64,000 bases of DNA from Verrucomicrobiota bacterium (GTDB lineage Bacteria > Verrucomicrobiota > Verrucomicrobiia > Limisphaerales > Palsa-1400). Shown here piece after piece: positions 29,267 through 39,450 of the stretch. How positions within the stretch are numbered: the stretch's first letter is position 1; each line of letters starts with the position of its first letter. The notes beneath the pieces were generated by a model. That model was given only the letters and a program-made list of their open reading frames with translations, was not told the origin of the DNA and ran no database searches. The stretch spans positions 166,429 to 230,428 of the forward strand of contig JBEKYR010000004.1 of the NCBI GenBank assembly GCA_049510745.1. Reading direction: 5' to 3'. The position numbers were made by a program, and so were the translations under genes.

Positions 29267-30592
29267 TTACGGCGCGCCCGGCCCGAAAACGGCGTCGAAT
29301 TTCGCCTGGACGTTCCGCGCGTGGAATTCGAGCGAGCAGAGCTTTTCCAGTTCGCCTTCGGCAAAATGTTTCTTGACATCCGGGTCGAGCCGCAATTGCC
29401 GCAGAAAATCCGCCTCCTCCCGCCCGGCGTGTTTGGCCTGCCAGGTTTGCTGGGCGTTGCGCTGCACCAACTCGTAGGCCGCCTCGCGCGTCAGCCCCTT
29501 GCGGATCAGCGCCAGCAGCACCGTCTGCGAGTTCCACAGGCCGAGCGACAACCCCAGGTTGCGCTTCATGTTTTCGGGATAAACAATCAGGCCCCCGGTC
29601 AATTTCCGCAGCGTCACCAGCATGTAATCCAGCAGCGTGCAGGAGTCGGGAAAAATGATCCGCTCGACCGAGCTGTGGCTGATGTCCCGCTCGTGCCAGA
29701 GGGCGACGTTTTCCAGGGCGGCGACGGCGTTGCCGCGCACCACGCGCGCCAGGCCGGTCAGGCGTTCGCCGGTGATCGGGTTGCGCTTGTGCGGCATCGA
29801 GCTGGAACCTTTTTGTCCCGGCGCGAAAAACTCCTCGGCTTCGAGAACTTCGGTGCGCTGCAAATGGCGGAACTCGGTCGCCCAGCGTTCGATGCTGGCG
29901 GCGATCAACGCCAAAACGCCGATGAACTCGGCGTGCAAATCGCGCGGCACCACCTGGGTGGCGATGGGCGCCGGCCGCAGGCCCAGCTTCTCGCAAACCG
30001 CCCGCTCGACCCCCGGCGGCAGGTGCGCGCCGGTGCCGACCGCCCCGGAGAGTTTGCCCACGGCGACCCGCTCGCGCGCCGTTTCCAGCCGTTGCGCGGC
30101 GCGCGTGAACTCATCGTACATCAGCGCCATCTTCAGTCCGAAAGTGGTCGGCTCGGCGTGAACGCCGTGGCTGCGCCCGATCATCGGGGTGAATTGATAT
30201 TGGCGCGCTTTTTTGGCGATGACCTCGCGCAAGGCCGCGACGTCGGCGCGGAGGAGGTCGGCCGACTGCGTCATTTGCACGGCGAAAGCGGTGTCAATAA
30301 TATCGCTGCTGGTCAGCCCGAAATGCAGCCAGCGGCTGGCGGGCGCGCCGATGTTCTCGGCCACATTGGTGGTGAAGGCGACGACGTCGTGATTGAGGGT
30401 CTTTTCCAATTCCTTGCAGCGCTCGATGCTGAAGGAGGCGCGGGCCTTCATCTGGGCGAAATCGGACGCCAGCACGATGCCCTCGGCGACGAGGGCCTCG
30501 GCGGCCAGCAACTCGATCCGCAGCCAGATTTCCAGCTTGCGCTGTTCAGTCCAGATGTCCCGCATTTCGGCCCGCGAATAACGCTGAATCAT
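29267..30592 (-). CDS. purB: Adenylosuccinate lyase
   Basis: [58 protein letters not shown]. Confidence 0.97.
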   Translation of the reverse strand: MIQRYSRAEMRDIWTEQRKLEIWLRIELLAAEALVAEGIVLASDFAQMKARASFSIERCKELEKTLNHDVVAFTTNVAENIGAPASRWLHFGLTSSDIIDTAFAVQMTQSADLLRADVAALREVIAKKARQYQFTPMIGRSHGVHAEPTTFGLKMALMYDEFTRAAQRLETARERVAVGKLSGAVGTGAHLPPGVERAVCEKLGLRPAPIATQVVPRDLHAEFIGVLALIAASIERWATEFRHLQRTEVLEAEEFFAPGQKGSSSMPHKRNPITGERLTGLARVVRGNAVAALENVALWHERDISHSSVERIIFPDSCTLLDYMLVTLRKLTGGLIVYPENMKRNLGLSLGLWNSQTVLLALIRKGLTREAAYELVQRNAQQTWQAKHAGREEADFLRQLRLDPDVKKHFAEGELEKLCSLEFHARNVQAKFDAVFGPGAP

Positions 30593-30614
30593 GGGTGTTT
30601 TGTGTTCTGTTAAT

Positions 30615-31511
30615 TCATCGTCTGGCCATTTTGTTGCGGGCAGCCTCCAGGATTTGCCGCTCCCGCTCGGTCAAGCTGTGGATGCCGTGGGCGGAAATCT
30701 TTTCCAGGATGGGATCGACTTCCCGGCTGATGAATTCGGCGGGCGGCAGTTCTTCGGGCTTGCGCCTGGCGCCGCGCCAGGCCCGTTTCGGGGGCGGGTT
30801 GGCCGATTCCCGGCGCGCCGGCCGCCGCCGCGCAAAGGGCCGCCAAAATTCAAACGACGGAGGCGACAGGCGCCAGCGAATCCACGCCATGCCGGTCAAC
30901 ATCCCGCCCAGGTGCGCCGCGTGCGCGACGCCGGTTCCGAAGACGGGAGAATGGAGGAACGGGCCAAGAATTCCGACCAGGGCAATGCTGCCTTCAGCCC
31001 ACAAGAGAACCTTTGCCGGGAAGGTGACCGGCAGGATGAAAAAGAGCAGCAACGTGATCGGATCGTCCGGCGCGTTGACGGCGAAAGCGGCAATCAAGCC
31101 AAACACTCCCGCCGAAGCCCCGACCACGCCGGCCCCAAAATAATGCGGAAAGGCAAAGCCAAGCGCCACCTGCAGCAATCCCCCGACGATGCCGCTGCTC
31201 AGATAAAGCGCCAACATTCCCCTGCTCCCCAGCATCCCCTCCACCGCCCGCCCGAAAAAATAGAGGCCGATCAGGTTGCCCAGCAAATGCCAGAATCCGC
31301 CGTGCAGAAATTGAAAGGTGATGAGCTGATAAACTCTGCCGTGCCTCAAACCGTCGGCGCTTAACGCCAGCCAGCGCATGTCCCAATCCCCCGTCAACCC
31401 CTCCGCCAGCCACTGCGCCAGAAAACAGGCCAGCAGCGTAACCAGCAGAATGGTGGTCATCGACCAACCTGGCCGGTCCGGCGCGCGCATATATGAACGA
31501 TCACTCAGCAT
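30615..31511 (-). CDS. Rhomboid intramembrane serine protease
   Basis: FLHGGFWHLLGN, VGASAG, AHAAHLGG; C-terminal VDPILEKIS..GIHSLT domain. Confidence 0.92.
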   Translation of the reverse strand: MLSDRSYMRAPDRPGWSMTTILLVTLLACFLAQWLAEGLTGDWDMRWLALSADGLRHGRVYQLITFQFLHGGFWHLLGNLIGLYFFGRAVEGMLGSRGMLALYLSSGIVGGLLQVALGFAFPHYFGAGVVGASAGVFGLIAAFAVNAPDDPITLLLFFILPVTFPAKVLLWAEGSIALVGILGPFLHSPVFGTGVAHAAHLGGMLTGMAWIRWRLSPPSFEFWRPFARRRPARRESANPPPKRAWRGARRKPEELPPAEFISREVDPILEKISAHGIHSLTERERQILEAARNKMARR

Positions 31512-31562
31512 CGGAGGGAATCTACCCGCAATCGTTCCGCAATTCAACGCTTTCGCGTGCGA

Positions 31563-31808
31563 TCAACGTTCGGCATACTCCTTCACATTGAGGTCAATGC
31601 CATCCATCACCGGCAACGAATCACCATGGCGCAATGCGACCATGATCCAAGCCTCAAAGGCTTCGGCCAATTCCTCCCGGCACTCCTCCAATGTGGAGCC
31701 CTCGCCCCACGCGCCGCGACATTCTGGAATGGAACCAAAAAACCGCCCGTTCTCCATGATTTCGTAATGCGCATGGTGCATTGCGCGTTGAATGTAGTCT
31801 GTCAGCGT
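31563..31808 (-). CDS. hicB: Orphan HicB-family antitoxin; expected start codon reads ACG
   Basis: LTDYIQRAM..FFGSIPECRGAWGEGSTLEECREEL..AWI; no hicA adjacent. Confidence 0.75.
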   Translation of the reverse strand, partial: TLTDYIQRAMHHAHYEIMENGRFFGSIPECRGAWGEGSTLEECREELAEAFEAWIMVALRHGDSLPVMDGIDLNVKEYAER

Positions 31809-31884
31809 AAGGTGCCTTTGCCCGGAAACAATACGCCAACCCGCCACAAAATCCAGCGGATTTGGCGGCCCTTGAATTTGTTTT

Positions 31885-32523
31885 TTAGGCGGCGGCGCTT
31901 CGTCCGCGCGGAATCCGGTCCAGGTGATAAACCAGGAAGCCGTGGAGGAAGCCGCGGATTTCGGCGGTTTGCGCGCCGCTCAGGCGCAAGCGGAAAATGT
32001 CCGGCCAATCCATCTCGAGCCATCTTTGCAGGATTTGCCGCGCGCCCAGCGTCAAGCGCGATTCCTCCAGCTTCGGCATCAGCCCCAGTTCGTTGAGCCA
32101 TTTGATTTCGAAGGCAAAAATCGTGTGCGGCTGGGCGGGCTGTTTGGGCAGTTGCCGCAGGAACGCCGCGAATTGGTCGAACGCCTCCGGCATCGGCGCC
32201 TCCGCTTCCGTCGTCTGTTCGATCAGCGCGGCGCAGTAGGAGGCCTGTTGCAGCCAGGCCAGCTCGGCCCGCAACGCGCTGTGGCTTTCCAGCAGCCGCA
32301 CTTCGCGCAACGTATGCAGGTCCGACCGGCGTGATCGGGCAAAGCTCAAGTCCGCCAGGTAAAACAAATCGATCTGCCCGCGAAAGGGCGATTTCGGACG
32401 GCGCGCTCCTTTGGCGACCGTGGCCAGCCGCCCCGCCTCCCGCGTCAGCCAGAGCACGATCAGGCTCGTCTCGGTCAAGGGCCGGGTGCGCAGGACCAGG
32501 CCGGTCGCGCGCTCGACGTTCAT
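31885..32523 (-). CDS. recO: DNA repair protein RecO
   Basis: GLVLRTRPLTETSLIV..LT..GRL..VAKGARRPKS; conserved ybeY/phoH neighbourhood. Confidence 0.92.
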   Translation of the reverse strand: MNVERATGLVLRTRPLTETSLIVLWLTREAGRLATVAKGARRPKSPFRGQIDLFYLADLSFARSRRSDLHTLREVRLLESHSALRAELAWLQQASYCAALIEQTTEAEAPMPEAFDQFAAFLRQLPKQPAQPHTIFAFEIKWLNELGLMPKLEESRLTLGARQILQRWLEMDWPDIFRLRLSGAQTAEIRGFLHGFLVYHLDRIPRGRSAAA

Positions 32524-33197
32524 TTCGAGTCCGGCAGGACCGCTATCGCCTGTCCGGCGTGGTCCGGCGCAATCGCGCCGAGGCTGATGATGAACTTGAT
32601 CCCGTCGGCCACCGACATGTCCAGCTTGATAATCTCGCTTTCGGGCACCAGGACAAGAAAGCCGGAAGTCGGATTGGGGGTGGTGGGAATGAAGACGCTG
32701 ACCAGTTTCTCCGGCCCCAGCCCGCCTTGTTCGCCGGTGACAAAGCCGACGGCGCGCGAGCGGGGATGGGGAAAGGAAACCAGCACGACTTGCTTGAAGG
32801 ACGATTTGTTGCTGGAGAAGGATTCGTTGACCTGTTTGACTGTGCCGTAGATTTTGTTCATCAGCGGCACCCGCATGATGGCGTTATCGAGCCATTCGAT
32901 GGTTTTGCGCCCCAAATAATTCCGGCCATAGCGCCCGGCCAGGCAGATCAAAAACACCGCCAGGGCCAGCGCCACCCAGCTCCAATACCATTCGATGGCG
33001 CCCAGTCCGCCGTCGGGCTTGCGCACGTGCGTCCAGGAAGTGGGCAAAAAGAAGAGCAACGTGTCGGTCATATCGGACACGTTTCTGAAAATCCACACCA
33101 GCACCCCGACGGAAATGACGGCGGGCATGACGATGGCCAGGCCGGCGAAGAAGTTGGCCCGCCATCGCTTCAAATAACTGGTATCGCTCAATGGCAT
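32520..33197 (-). CDS. DUF502 membrane protein
   Basis: FFAGLAI, RVPLMNKIYGTVKQ, VFIPTTPNPTSGFL. Confidence 0.9.
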   Translation of the reverse strand: MPLSDTSYLKRWRANFFAGLAIVMPAVISVGVLVWIFRNVSDMTDTLLFFLPTSWTHVRKPDGGLGAIEWYWSWVALALAVFLICLAGRYGRNYLGRKTIEWLDNAIMRVPLMNKIYGTVKQVNESFSSNKSSFKQVVLVSFPHPRSRAVGFVTGEQGGLGPEKLVSVFIPTTPNPTSGFLVLVPESEIIKLDMSVADGIKFIISLGAIAPDHAGQAIAVLPDSK

Positions 33198-33198
33198 T

Positions 33199-33660
33199 TC
33201 AGGCGCCTCCCACTTTGCCCAAGTCGAACCGCCGGGACAATTCCTTTAGCAGTTTATTTTCCCGCCGTTTCATTGCCCGCCGCGGGCCGGGCGCCGTATC
33301 CTCGCACCCCTCCAGATGCAGCAGGCCATGCGCCAGATACCGCACCACCTCCGACTCCCACCGGACGCGGAACCGGCGCGCGTGCAGCAAAGCGTCGTCC
33401 ACGGAAATAAAAATCTCGCCGTGCAGTTTCCCCTCCGCGGCGTTTTCCTGGTGATTGAACGTCAGGACATCCGTCGAGCCTTGATGGCGCAGGAAGGTTT
33501 CGTTCAGCCGGGTCATTTCGGGCGCGCCGATCAGATGCACGCCCAGTTCGTAACTGTCGCGCCGCAGCAGTTCCTCCAGCAGGCATCGGGCGATGCGCCG
33601 AAGCCACCGCCGGTCCACCGCCCGCGTTTTCTGCCGGTTCGACAGATGCAACAGGGTCAT
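33199..33660 (-). CDS. ybeY: rRNA maturation endoribonuclease YbeY
   Basis: LNETFL..TDVLTF, GEIFIS, AHGLLHLEG; ATG overlaps the phoH stop. The third His of the usual HGxLHLxGxDH motif is not evident. Confidence 0.88.
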   Translation of the reverse strand: MTLLHLSNRQKTRAVDRRWLRRIARCLLEELLRRDSYELGVHLIGAPEMTRLNETFLRHQGSTDVLTFNHQENAAEGKLHGEIFISVDDALLHARRFRVRWESEVVRYLAHGLLHLEGCEDTAPGPRRAMKRRENKLLKELSRRFDLGKVGGA

Positions 33661-34616
33661 GGCTGCCGGCCGCGATGCTCCTCGTAGGCGGCGATGATCC
33701 GCTGCACCAGCGGATGCCGGACGACGTCGCGCCGGGTAAACTGGATGAGCGCGATGCCCTCCACGCCGCGCAAGGCCCGCTCCGCCTCGAGCAAGCCCGA
33801 GCGTTTTTGCGGCGGCAGGTCGATCTGGGTGGGATCGCCGGTGATGACCGCCTTGGAATTGATTCCCAGCCGTGTCAAGAACATGAACATCTGCTCCGTG
33901 GTCGAGTTCTGCGCCTCGTCCAGCACGACGAACGCGTGGTTCAGCGTCCGCCCGCGCATATAGGCCAGCGGCGCGATCTCGATCACCCCCTGTTCCATGT
34001 TCTTTTCCATTTCCTCGGCCGGCAGCATGTCGTGCAGCGCGTCGTAAAGCGGCCGGAGGTAGGGCGTGATCTTTTCGTAGAGGTCCCCCGGCAGAAAGCC
34101 CAGCGCCTCGCCCGCTTCCACCGCCGGGCGCGTCAACATGATGCGCGAGACCTTTTCCTCCTTCAGCGCCGACAACGCCATGGCCATGGCCAGATACGTC
34201 TTGCCCGTCCCGGCCGGACCGAGTCCGAAGGTCACGTCGTGCGCCCGGATGGCATCGACATATCGTTTCTGGCCGACGGTTTTCGGCGTCACCGGCGCCT
34301 TGCGCGGCGAGGTGACGATCCGCTCGGAAAAGAGCGTGCGCAACGCGGCCACCCCTTCGCTTTTCACCACGCTGAGGGCCTGGGCAAAATCCCGGTTGCG
34401 GACGGCGCCCCCGTTTTTCAGGGCGGTCTCCAGCGATTGGAACAATTCCCGGGCCATCTCCAACCCGTCGGCGGGGCCTTCGAGCTTGATCCAATTTTCC
34501 CGCGCGACGGCTTTGACGCCCAACTCTCCGACCAGCGCCTGCAAATTGCGCGGCTCGTTGTTGAAGGTTTGTTGCGCCAGCCGCGCGTTTTCAAAATGAA
34601 GGGTTTCGGTCGGCAT
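33657..34616 (-). CDS. phoH: PhoH-like ATPase (YbeZ type)
   Basis: GPAGTGKT, LTRPAVEAGE.LGFLPGD, APLAYMRGRTL, DEAQN, DVVRHPLV. Confidence 0.95.
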   Translation of the reverse strand: MPTETLHFENARLAQQTFNNEPRNLQALVGELGVKAVARENWIKLEGPADGLEMARELFQSLETALKNGGAVRNRDFAQALSVVKSEGVAALRTLFSERIVTSPRKAPVTPKTVGQKRYVDAIRAHDVTFGLGPAGTGKTYLAMAMALSALKEEKVSRIMLTRPAVEAGEALGFLPGDLYEKITPYLRPLYDALHDMLPAEEMEKNMEQGVIEIAPLAYMRGRTLNHAFVVLDEAQNSTTEQMFMFLTRLGINSKAVITGDPTQIDLPPQKRSGLLEAERALRGVEGIALIQFTRRDVVRHPLVQRIIAAYEEHRGRQP

Positions 34617-34628
34617 CGGCGGGCGCGG

Positions 34629-35117
34629 TTATTGGGCCAGCGCGGCGCGCAGTTGCGCCGCCACTTCCGACAATGCTTCCGGCAACACCGTCGTGGCCCC
34701 GAGCACCGGCATGAAATTGGTGTCGCCGTTCCAACGCGGCACGACATGCACGTGGACCTGTTCGATGATCCCCGCCCCCGCCACCCGCCCCAAGTTGATC
34801 CCGATGTTAAATCCGTCCGGCTGCATCACCTGCGTCAGGGCATTCTGGCACCGCCGCGTCAGCCGGAACAAATCGCCCATTTCCTCCTCCGTCAGTCCGT
34901 TCAGATCGGGCGAGGCCTTGTAAGGCACCACCAGCAAGTGGCCCCCGGTGTAGGGATAGCGATTGAGCACCGCATAGCATGTCCGCTCGCGCACGACGAC
35001 ATAATTGCCCACGTCGTCGCTCGACTCCGCGATTTGCTTGAAAACCAGGGCCGTGGCCGGCTCGGGTTTCGGCCCCCGGATATAGGCAATGCGCCACGGT
35101 GCGTGCAACGGTTCCAT
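34629..35117 (-). CDS. HIT family hydrolase (Ap4A phosphorylase/FHIT-like)
   Basis: LHAPWR, LNRYPY..GHLLVVP, FNIGINLG.VAGAG, VHVHVVPRW.GDTNFM. Confidence 0.9.
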   Translation of the reverse strand: MEPLHAPWRIAYIRGPKPEPATALVFKQIAESSDDVGNYVVVRERTCYAVLNRYPYTGGHLLVVPYKASPDLNGLTEEEMGDLFRLTRRCQNALTQVMQPDGFNIGINLGRVAGAGIIEQVHVHVVPRWNGDTNFMPVLGATTVLPEALSEVAAQLRAALAQ

Positions 35118-35130
35118 GCCGCCTTTCGCC

Positions 35131-35505
35131 TTAGTCGGAATGGCTGGCAAAAACCTCCGCTTCGGTTTCGGTGATCACTCCATCCTTGTTGCTGTCGCAA
35201 CGCCGCACCGCTTCGTTGAATTTCTCGTTCTCGCCGGATTTGACGGTGTAATCGTCGTGGAAGATAAGAGGGATGGAAACCTCGGTATGGGATTCCCCGC
35301 GGCTATGGAAAGACATTCTGCTCAACGCCTCGTAAAAGATACGCCCGGCCTTCTCGCTCTCGAATTGCACCTTGACGCGCTCCGCGTCGCGGTAGGTTGT
35401 TTCCGAGTGATGGATGCAGCCGGCCAGGCAAAGCGCGGCGCCGCCGGCCACCGGGAAACGCAGAATCGAACGCGCCGCCGTCCGCAGGTTTGTCAGTAGT
35501 GTCAT
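35131..35505 (-). CDS. Small lipoprotein with an EF-hand-like loop
   Basis: LAGC lipobox; DSNKDGVITETE fits a 12-residue EF loop. Confidence 0.7.
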   Translation of the reverse strand: MTLLTNLRTAARSILRFPVAGGAALCLAGCIHHSETTYRDAERVKVQFESEKAGRIFYEALSRMSFHSRGESHTEVSIPLIFHDDYTVKSGENEKFNEAVRRCDSNKDGVITETEAEVFASHSD

Positions 35506-35594
35506 GCGCCCATCCTGCCGCCGCTCCGCGGAATGTCAATTCGATTTGGAACGCACGCTGTCAAAAAAACCTGTCATAAGCCCGGTCATAACTC

Positions 35595-35623
35595 TTGACA
35601 TTATCCGGCTCTTCTGCCATTCT
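35595..35623 (+). promoter_or_regulatory. Putative sigma70 promoter of the S53 protease gene
   Basis: TTGACA-17 nt-CATTCT with TG at the extended -10 position. Confidence 0.5.
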
Positions 35624-35637
35624 CCGCCAGAATTTGT

Positions 35638-38600
35638 ATGTTAGCCGGATACATGGCTTGGAGGATGTGTCTGCGCAAGCTCGGTGGCTGTCTTGCCGGC
35701 TGGCGGGCGGTTTCCGTTTGCAGCCAGGATCGCCATCCCGCTAAGTTGAGGAGCACCTTGCAGTCCACACTACTATCTACAGGAAAAATAAGTCGGCCAG
35801 CCCGGACGGCGCGCCGTTTTTTGAACTGGGCACGGGCAGGTTGCGGAACGCTTCTTCTTCTGGTCCCTGCGGTTTTGGCCCAAGTGGCGCCCTCGCAGCC
35901 GGCCTCTGTCGCCGAGCCGATGGGCCGGCAAGTGCTCCGCGGCCACGTGCCGTCCATCACGGCGCGCCTGCCCTCTGTCAATCGATTGCCCGCGTCAACA
36001 CCATTGCGCGTAGCCATCGGCCTGCCCTTGCGCAACCAGGCGGGCCTGGACGCCCTGCTGCGCCAACTCTCCGATCCCGCCAGCCCCAATTTCCGCCAGT
36101 ACCTGACACCCCAGGAATTTGCGGCGCGATTCGGCCCCACCCAGGCGGATTATGACGCCGTGATTGCTTTTGCCAGGAACAGCGGCCTGACCGTGACCGG
36201 CACCCACCCTAACCGCACCTTGCTCGATGTCAGCGGCACGGCGGCCCAACTGGAGAACGTCTTCCACATCCGCCTCTTGACTTACCGGCATCCAACCGAA
36301 GCCCGAGACTTTTTCGCCCCGAGCCGGGAGCCATCCCTGGATTTGGACGTGCCCGTTTTGCACGTCAGCGGCCTGGATAACTACATTTTGCCCCGCCCAG
36401 CCGGCCTGAGATTCCAAACCAACGGCCCGCGCCCAACGCCGCTTTCCGGCTCCGGTCCCAACGGCGCCTACCTCGGCGCGGATTTCCGGACGGCCTACGC
36501 TCCGGGTGTCACGCTGCAAGGCGCCGGCCAGTCGGTCGGACTGCTGCAGCTCGACGGCTATTACACTAATGACATTGTTCAATACGAATCCCTGGCCAAC
36601 CTGCCGCAGGTTCCTCTGACTAACATCCTGGTGGACAGCTTCACCGGATCTCCCGGCAGCGGAAACGGGGAGGTGGCTCTTGACATCGAAATGGCAATCT
36701 CCATGGCCCCGGGACTGTCCCGTGTCCTGGTTTACGAAGGCCCCGGCGGTTACGCCATCGACGATATTCTGAACCAAATGGCGACCGATAATGCGGCCCG
36801 GCAACTGAGTTCTTCCTGGAGCTTTTTCGACGACGACAACACGGGTCAGATCTATTCCGAGTTTGTGGCGCAGGGTCAGTCTTTCTTCCAGGCTTCGGGC
36901 GACGATGGAGCCGAAACCTATCCCGCATGGCAGTACTGGTATGTGTGGGATGCCGAGAAGACATTCGTCGGCGGCACCGTCCTGACAATGGCCGGGACCA
37001 GCGCCAACTGGGCTTCGGAAACAACCTGGGCCAACAGCGGCGGCGGGATTGACCCGCTCACTTCCCTCCCAAGCTGGCAGCAAGGCTTGAGCACCTCCGC
37101 CAACCAGGCCTCGGCCGCGTTCAGGAACATTCCTGACGTCGCCTGCGTGGCTCATTCCATCTGGCTCGTGTCCAGCGACGGAAGCGCCTTCGCCGTCAGC
37201 GGCACCAGCGCCTCGGCCCCGCTCTGGGCCGGCTTCACGGCCCTGGCCAACCAGCAAGCCGCCAGTCACGGCAAACCGCCGGTCGGGTTTCTCAATCCGG
37301 TCATCTATGCCATTGGCCGGGGGCCGAATTATGCTCTTTGCTTCCACGACATCACCACCGGCAACAACGAAAACAGCCAAAGCCCAAACCAGTTCTCCGC
37401 GGTTCCAGGTTATGATCTCTGCACGGGCTGGGGCACTCCGACCGGCAGCAATCTGATCAACGCCCTGGCCGGGCTGGGCGTGTATAATCCACCCTCAATT
37501 TCCACGCAGCCGGCCAGCCAGACTCTCGCTTTGGGGAGCAACGCCTTCTTTGGCGTCGCGGCAACGGGAGACACCCCTCTCTTTTATCAATGGCAATTCG
37601 ATGGAACAAATCTTGGCGGCGCAACCCTTTCAAACCTGCTGGTGACGAACCTCACCCGGGCCAGCGCCGGCAGTTACACTGTCGTTGTGACCAACAAATG
37701 GGGCAGCCTGACCAGCAGCGTTGCCCTCCTGACCGTCGGCGCGCCGCCGTCCATAACCATGCCGCCGGCCACCCTGGTTGTTTCGCCGGGGTCGAATGTA
37801 ACTTTTACCGTCAGCGTTAGTGGCGACGCGCCGTTGAGTTTCCAATGGCGGTTTGATGGAGCCAATATCGGCGGCGCGACCAATTCCAGCCTGGCCTTGA
37901 CGAGCGTCACCTTAAGCAACGTGGGCACTTATACGGTCGTCACCACCAACGCCTTTGGCCGCCAGACCAGCCCGCCGGCGGTCTTGATCGTCCAATCATC
38001 GCCGCCGGTCATCGTTACCCAGCCGGTCAGCCAATCCGTGCCTCTGGCAACCAACGTTTCCTTCATTGTGGTCGTCTCCGGCTTCGGCCCCTTCGCCTAT
38101 CAGTGGCAGTTCAACGGCTCCAATTTGCCCTCTTTCATCACCACTGTGGCGGGCGACGGCTACAGCGGTTTCTCCGGCGATGGCGGGCCCGCGACCAATG
38201 CCGCGCTCTTCGCCGGCGGCGTGGCCGTCGATGGCTCCGGCAACCTCTTTGTGGCCGATTCGATCAATGACCGCGTTCGCAAAGTCGCCCCCAACAATCT
38301 TATCACGACCGTGGCCGGCAACGGCACCACCGGCTATGCCGGTGACGGCGGCCCCGCCACCAACGCCAGCCTGTTCAATCCTTCGGCCATCGCCCTGGAT
38401 GCCTTGGGCAACCTGTTCGTGGCCGATTCCGCCAACCATTGTATCCGCGAAGTCGGAACCAACGGCATCATCGCAACGGTCGCGGGCAACGGAACCAACG
38501 GCTTCTTCGGCGACGGCGGCCCGGCCACCAACGCCAGCCTCTCCTATCCCGATGGCGTGGCCGTGGACGCCTTTGGCAATTTGTTCATTGCTGATGTTGA

Positions 38601-39447
38601 CAACAACCGTATCCGCCAGGTGGGAACCAACGGCGTTATGGCCACGGTGGCGGGCAACGCGACCAATGGTTTCTTCGGCGACGGCGGCCCGGCCACCAAC
38701 GCCAGCCTCTCCCATCCCGATGGCGTGGCTGTGGATCTCTTCGGCAACCTTTTCATTGCCGATAGCGGCAACAAGCGGATCCGCAAAGTCGGAACCAACG
38801 GTGTTATCACCACGGTGGCCGGAAACGGCTTGTCCGGCTTCTTCGGCGACGGCGGCCCGGCGACCAACGCGTTCATGGAATCTCCCGCCGCCGTGGCGGT
38901 GGACCCCTTCGGCCGCCTTTTGATCGCCGATTCGGGAAACCACCGCATCCGGGCCGTTGACACGAACGGCCTTATCACCACCCTGGTGGGCAATGGCGCC
39001 TCCGGCTTCGCCGGCGACGGCGGTGCCCCCGCCGCCGCTACGTTGAGCGGCGTCTCTGGCGTGGCGGCGGATGCTTCGGGCAATGTGTTCATCGCCGACA
39101 CCGGCAACAATCGCGTGCGCCAAGTCCTCAACTATCAGGAGCCGACGCTGACGCTCTTCAATGTGAGCGCCGCAAACGCGGGAGGCTATGATGTCGTGGT
39201 AACCAGCCCCTATGGCGTGGTGACAAGCATCGTTGCCGTCTTGACAGTCAATGTTAGCACGACCTTGGGCGCGGCCCAAAACGGTTCTGAATTGATTTTT
39301 ACTTGGACCGGCGCCTGGGTGTTGCAGTCGGCGGCCGATCTGAACGGGCCTTGGTCGGATTTGCCGGCTTCAAGTCCGTTCACAAACCAGATCGGCACCC
39401 AGCCGGCCGAGTTTTTCCGGCTGCGCTATGACGGCCCTGTGCCGTGA
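35638..39447 (+). CDS. Sedolisin/kumamolisin (S53) protease with pro-domain, Ig-like domains and NHL propeller; start uncertain
   Basis: Pro-domain YLTPQEFAARFGPT; EVALD, ASGDDG, GTSASAP; Ig repeats (YQWQFDG...YTVVVTN); six GDGG-containing NHL repeats. Confidence 0.9.
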   Translation: MLAGYMAWRMCLRKLGGCLAGWRAVSVCSQDRHPAKLRSTLQSTLLSTGKISRPARTARRFLNWARAGCGTLLLLVPAVLAQVAPSQPASVAEPMGRQVLRGHVPSITARLPSVNRLPASTPLRVAIGLPLRNQAGLDALLRQLSDPASPNFRQYLTPQEFAARFGPTQADYDAVIAFARNSGLTVTGTHPNRTLLDVSGTAAQLENVFHIRLLTYRHPTEARDFFAPSREPSLDLDVPVLHVSGLDNYILPRPAGLRFQTNGPRPTPLSGSGPNGAYLGADFRTAYAPGVTLQGAGQSVGLLQLDGYYTNDIVQYESLANLPQVPLTNILVDSFTGSPGSGNGEVALDIEMAISMAPGLSRVLVYEGPGGYAIDDILNQMATDNAARQLSSSWSFFDDDNTGQIYSEFVAQGQSFFQASGDDGAETYPAWQYWYVWDAEKTFVGGTVLTMAGTSANWASETTWANSGGGIDPLTSLPSWQQGLSTSANQASAAFRNIPDVACVAHSIWLVSSDGSAFAVSGTSASAPLWAGFTALANQQAASHGKPPVGFLNPVIYAIGRGPNYALCFHDITTGNNENSQSPNQFSAVPGYDLCTGWGTPTGSNLINALAGLGVYNPPSISTQPASQTLALGSNAFFGVAATGDTPLFYQWQFDGTNLGGATLSNLLVTNLTRASAGSYTVVVTNKWGSLTSSVALLTVGAPPSITMPPATLVVSPGSNVTFTVSVSGDAPLSFQWRFDGANIGGATNSSLALTSVTLSNVGTYTVVTTNAFGRQTSPPAVLIVQSSPPVIVTQPVSQSVPLATNVSFIVVVSGFGPFAYQWQFNGSNLPSFITTVAGDGYSGFSGDGGPATNAALFAGGVAVDGSGNLFVADSINDRVRKVAPNNLITTVAGNGTTGYAGDGGPATNASLFNPSAIALDALGNLFVADSANHCIREVGTNGIIATVAGNGTNGFFGDGGPATNASLSYPDGVAVDAFGNLFIADVDNNRIRQVGTNGVMATVAGNATNGFFGDGGPATNASLSHPDGVAVDLFGNLFIADSGNKRIRKVGTNGVITTVAGNGLSGFFGDGGPATNAFMESPAAVAVDPFGRLLIADSGNHRIRAVDTNGLITTLVGNGASGFAGDGGAPAAATLSGVSGVAADASGNVFIADTGNNRVRQVLNYQEPTLTLFNVSAANAGGYDVVVTSPYGVVTSIVAVLTVNVSTTLGAAQNGSELIFTWTGAWVLQSAADLNGPWSDLPASSPFTNQIGTQPAEFFRLRYDGPVP
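38138..39125 (+). repeat. Coding tandem repeats (~168 bp) encoding NHL blades
   Basis: Recurrent GGCGACGGCGGCCCGGCCACCAACGCCAGCCT-type units. Confidence 0.85.
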
Positions 39448-39450
39448 TCT

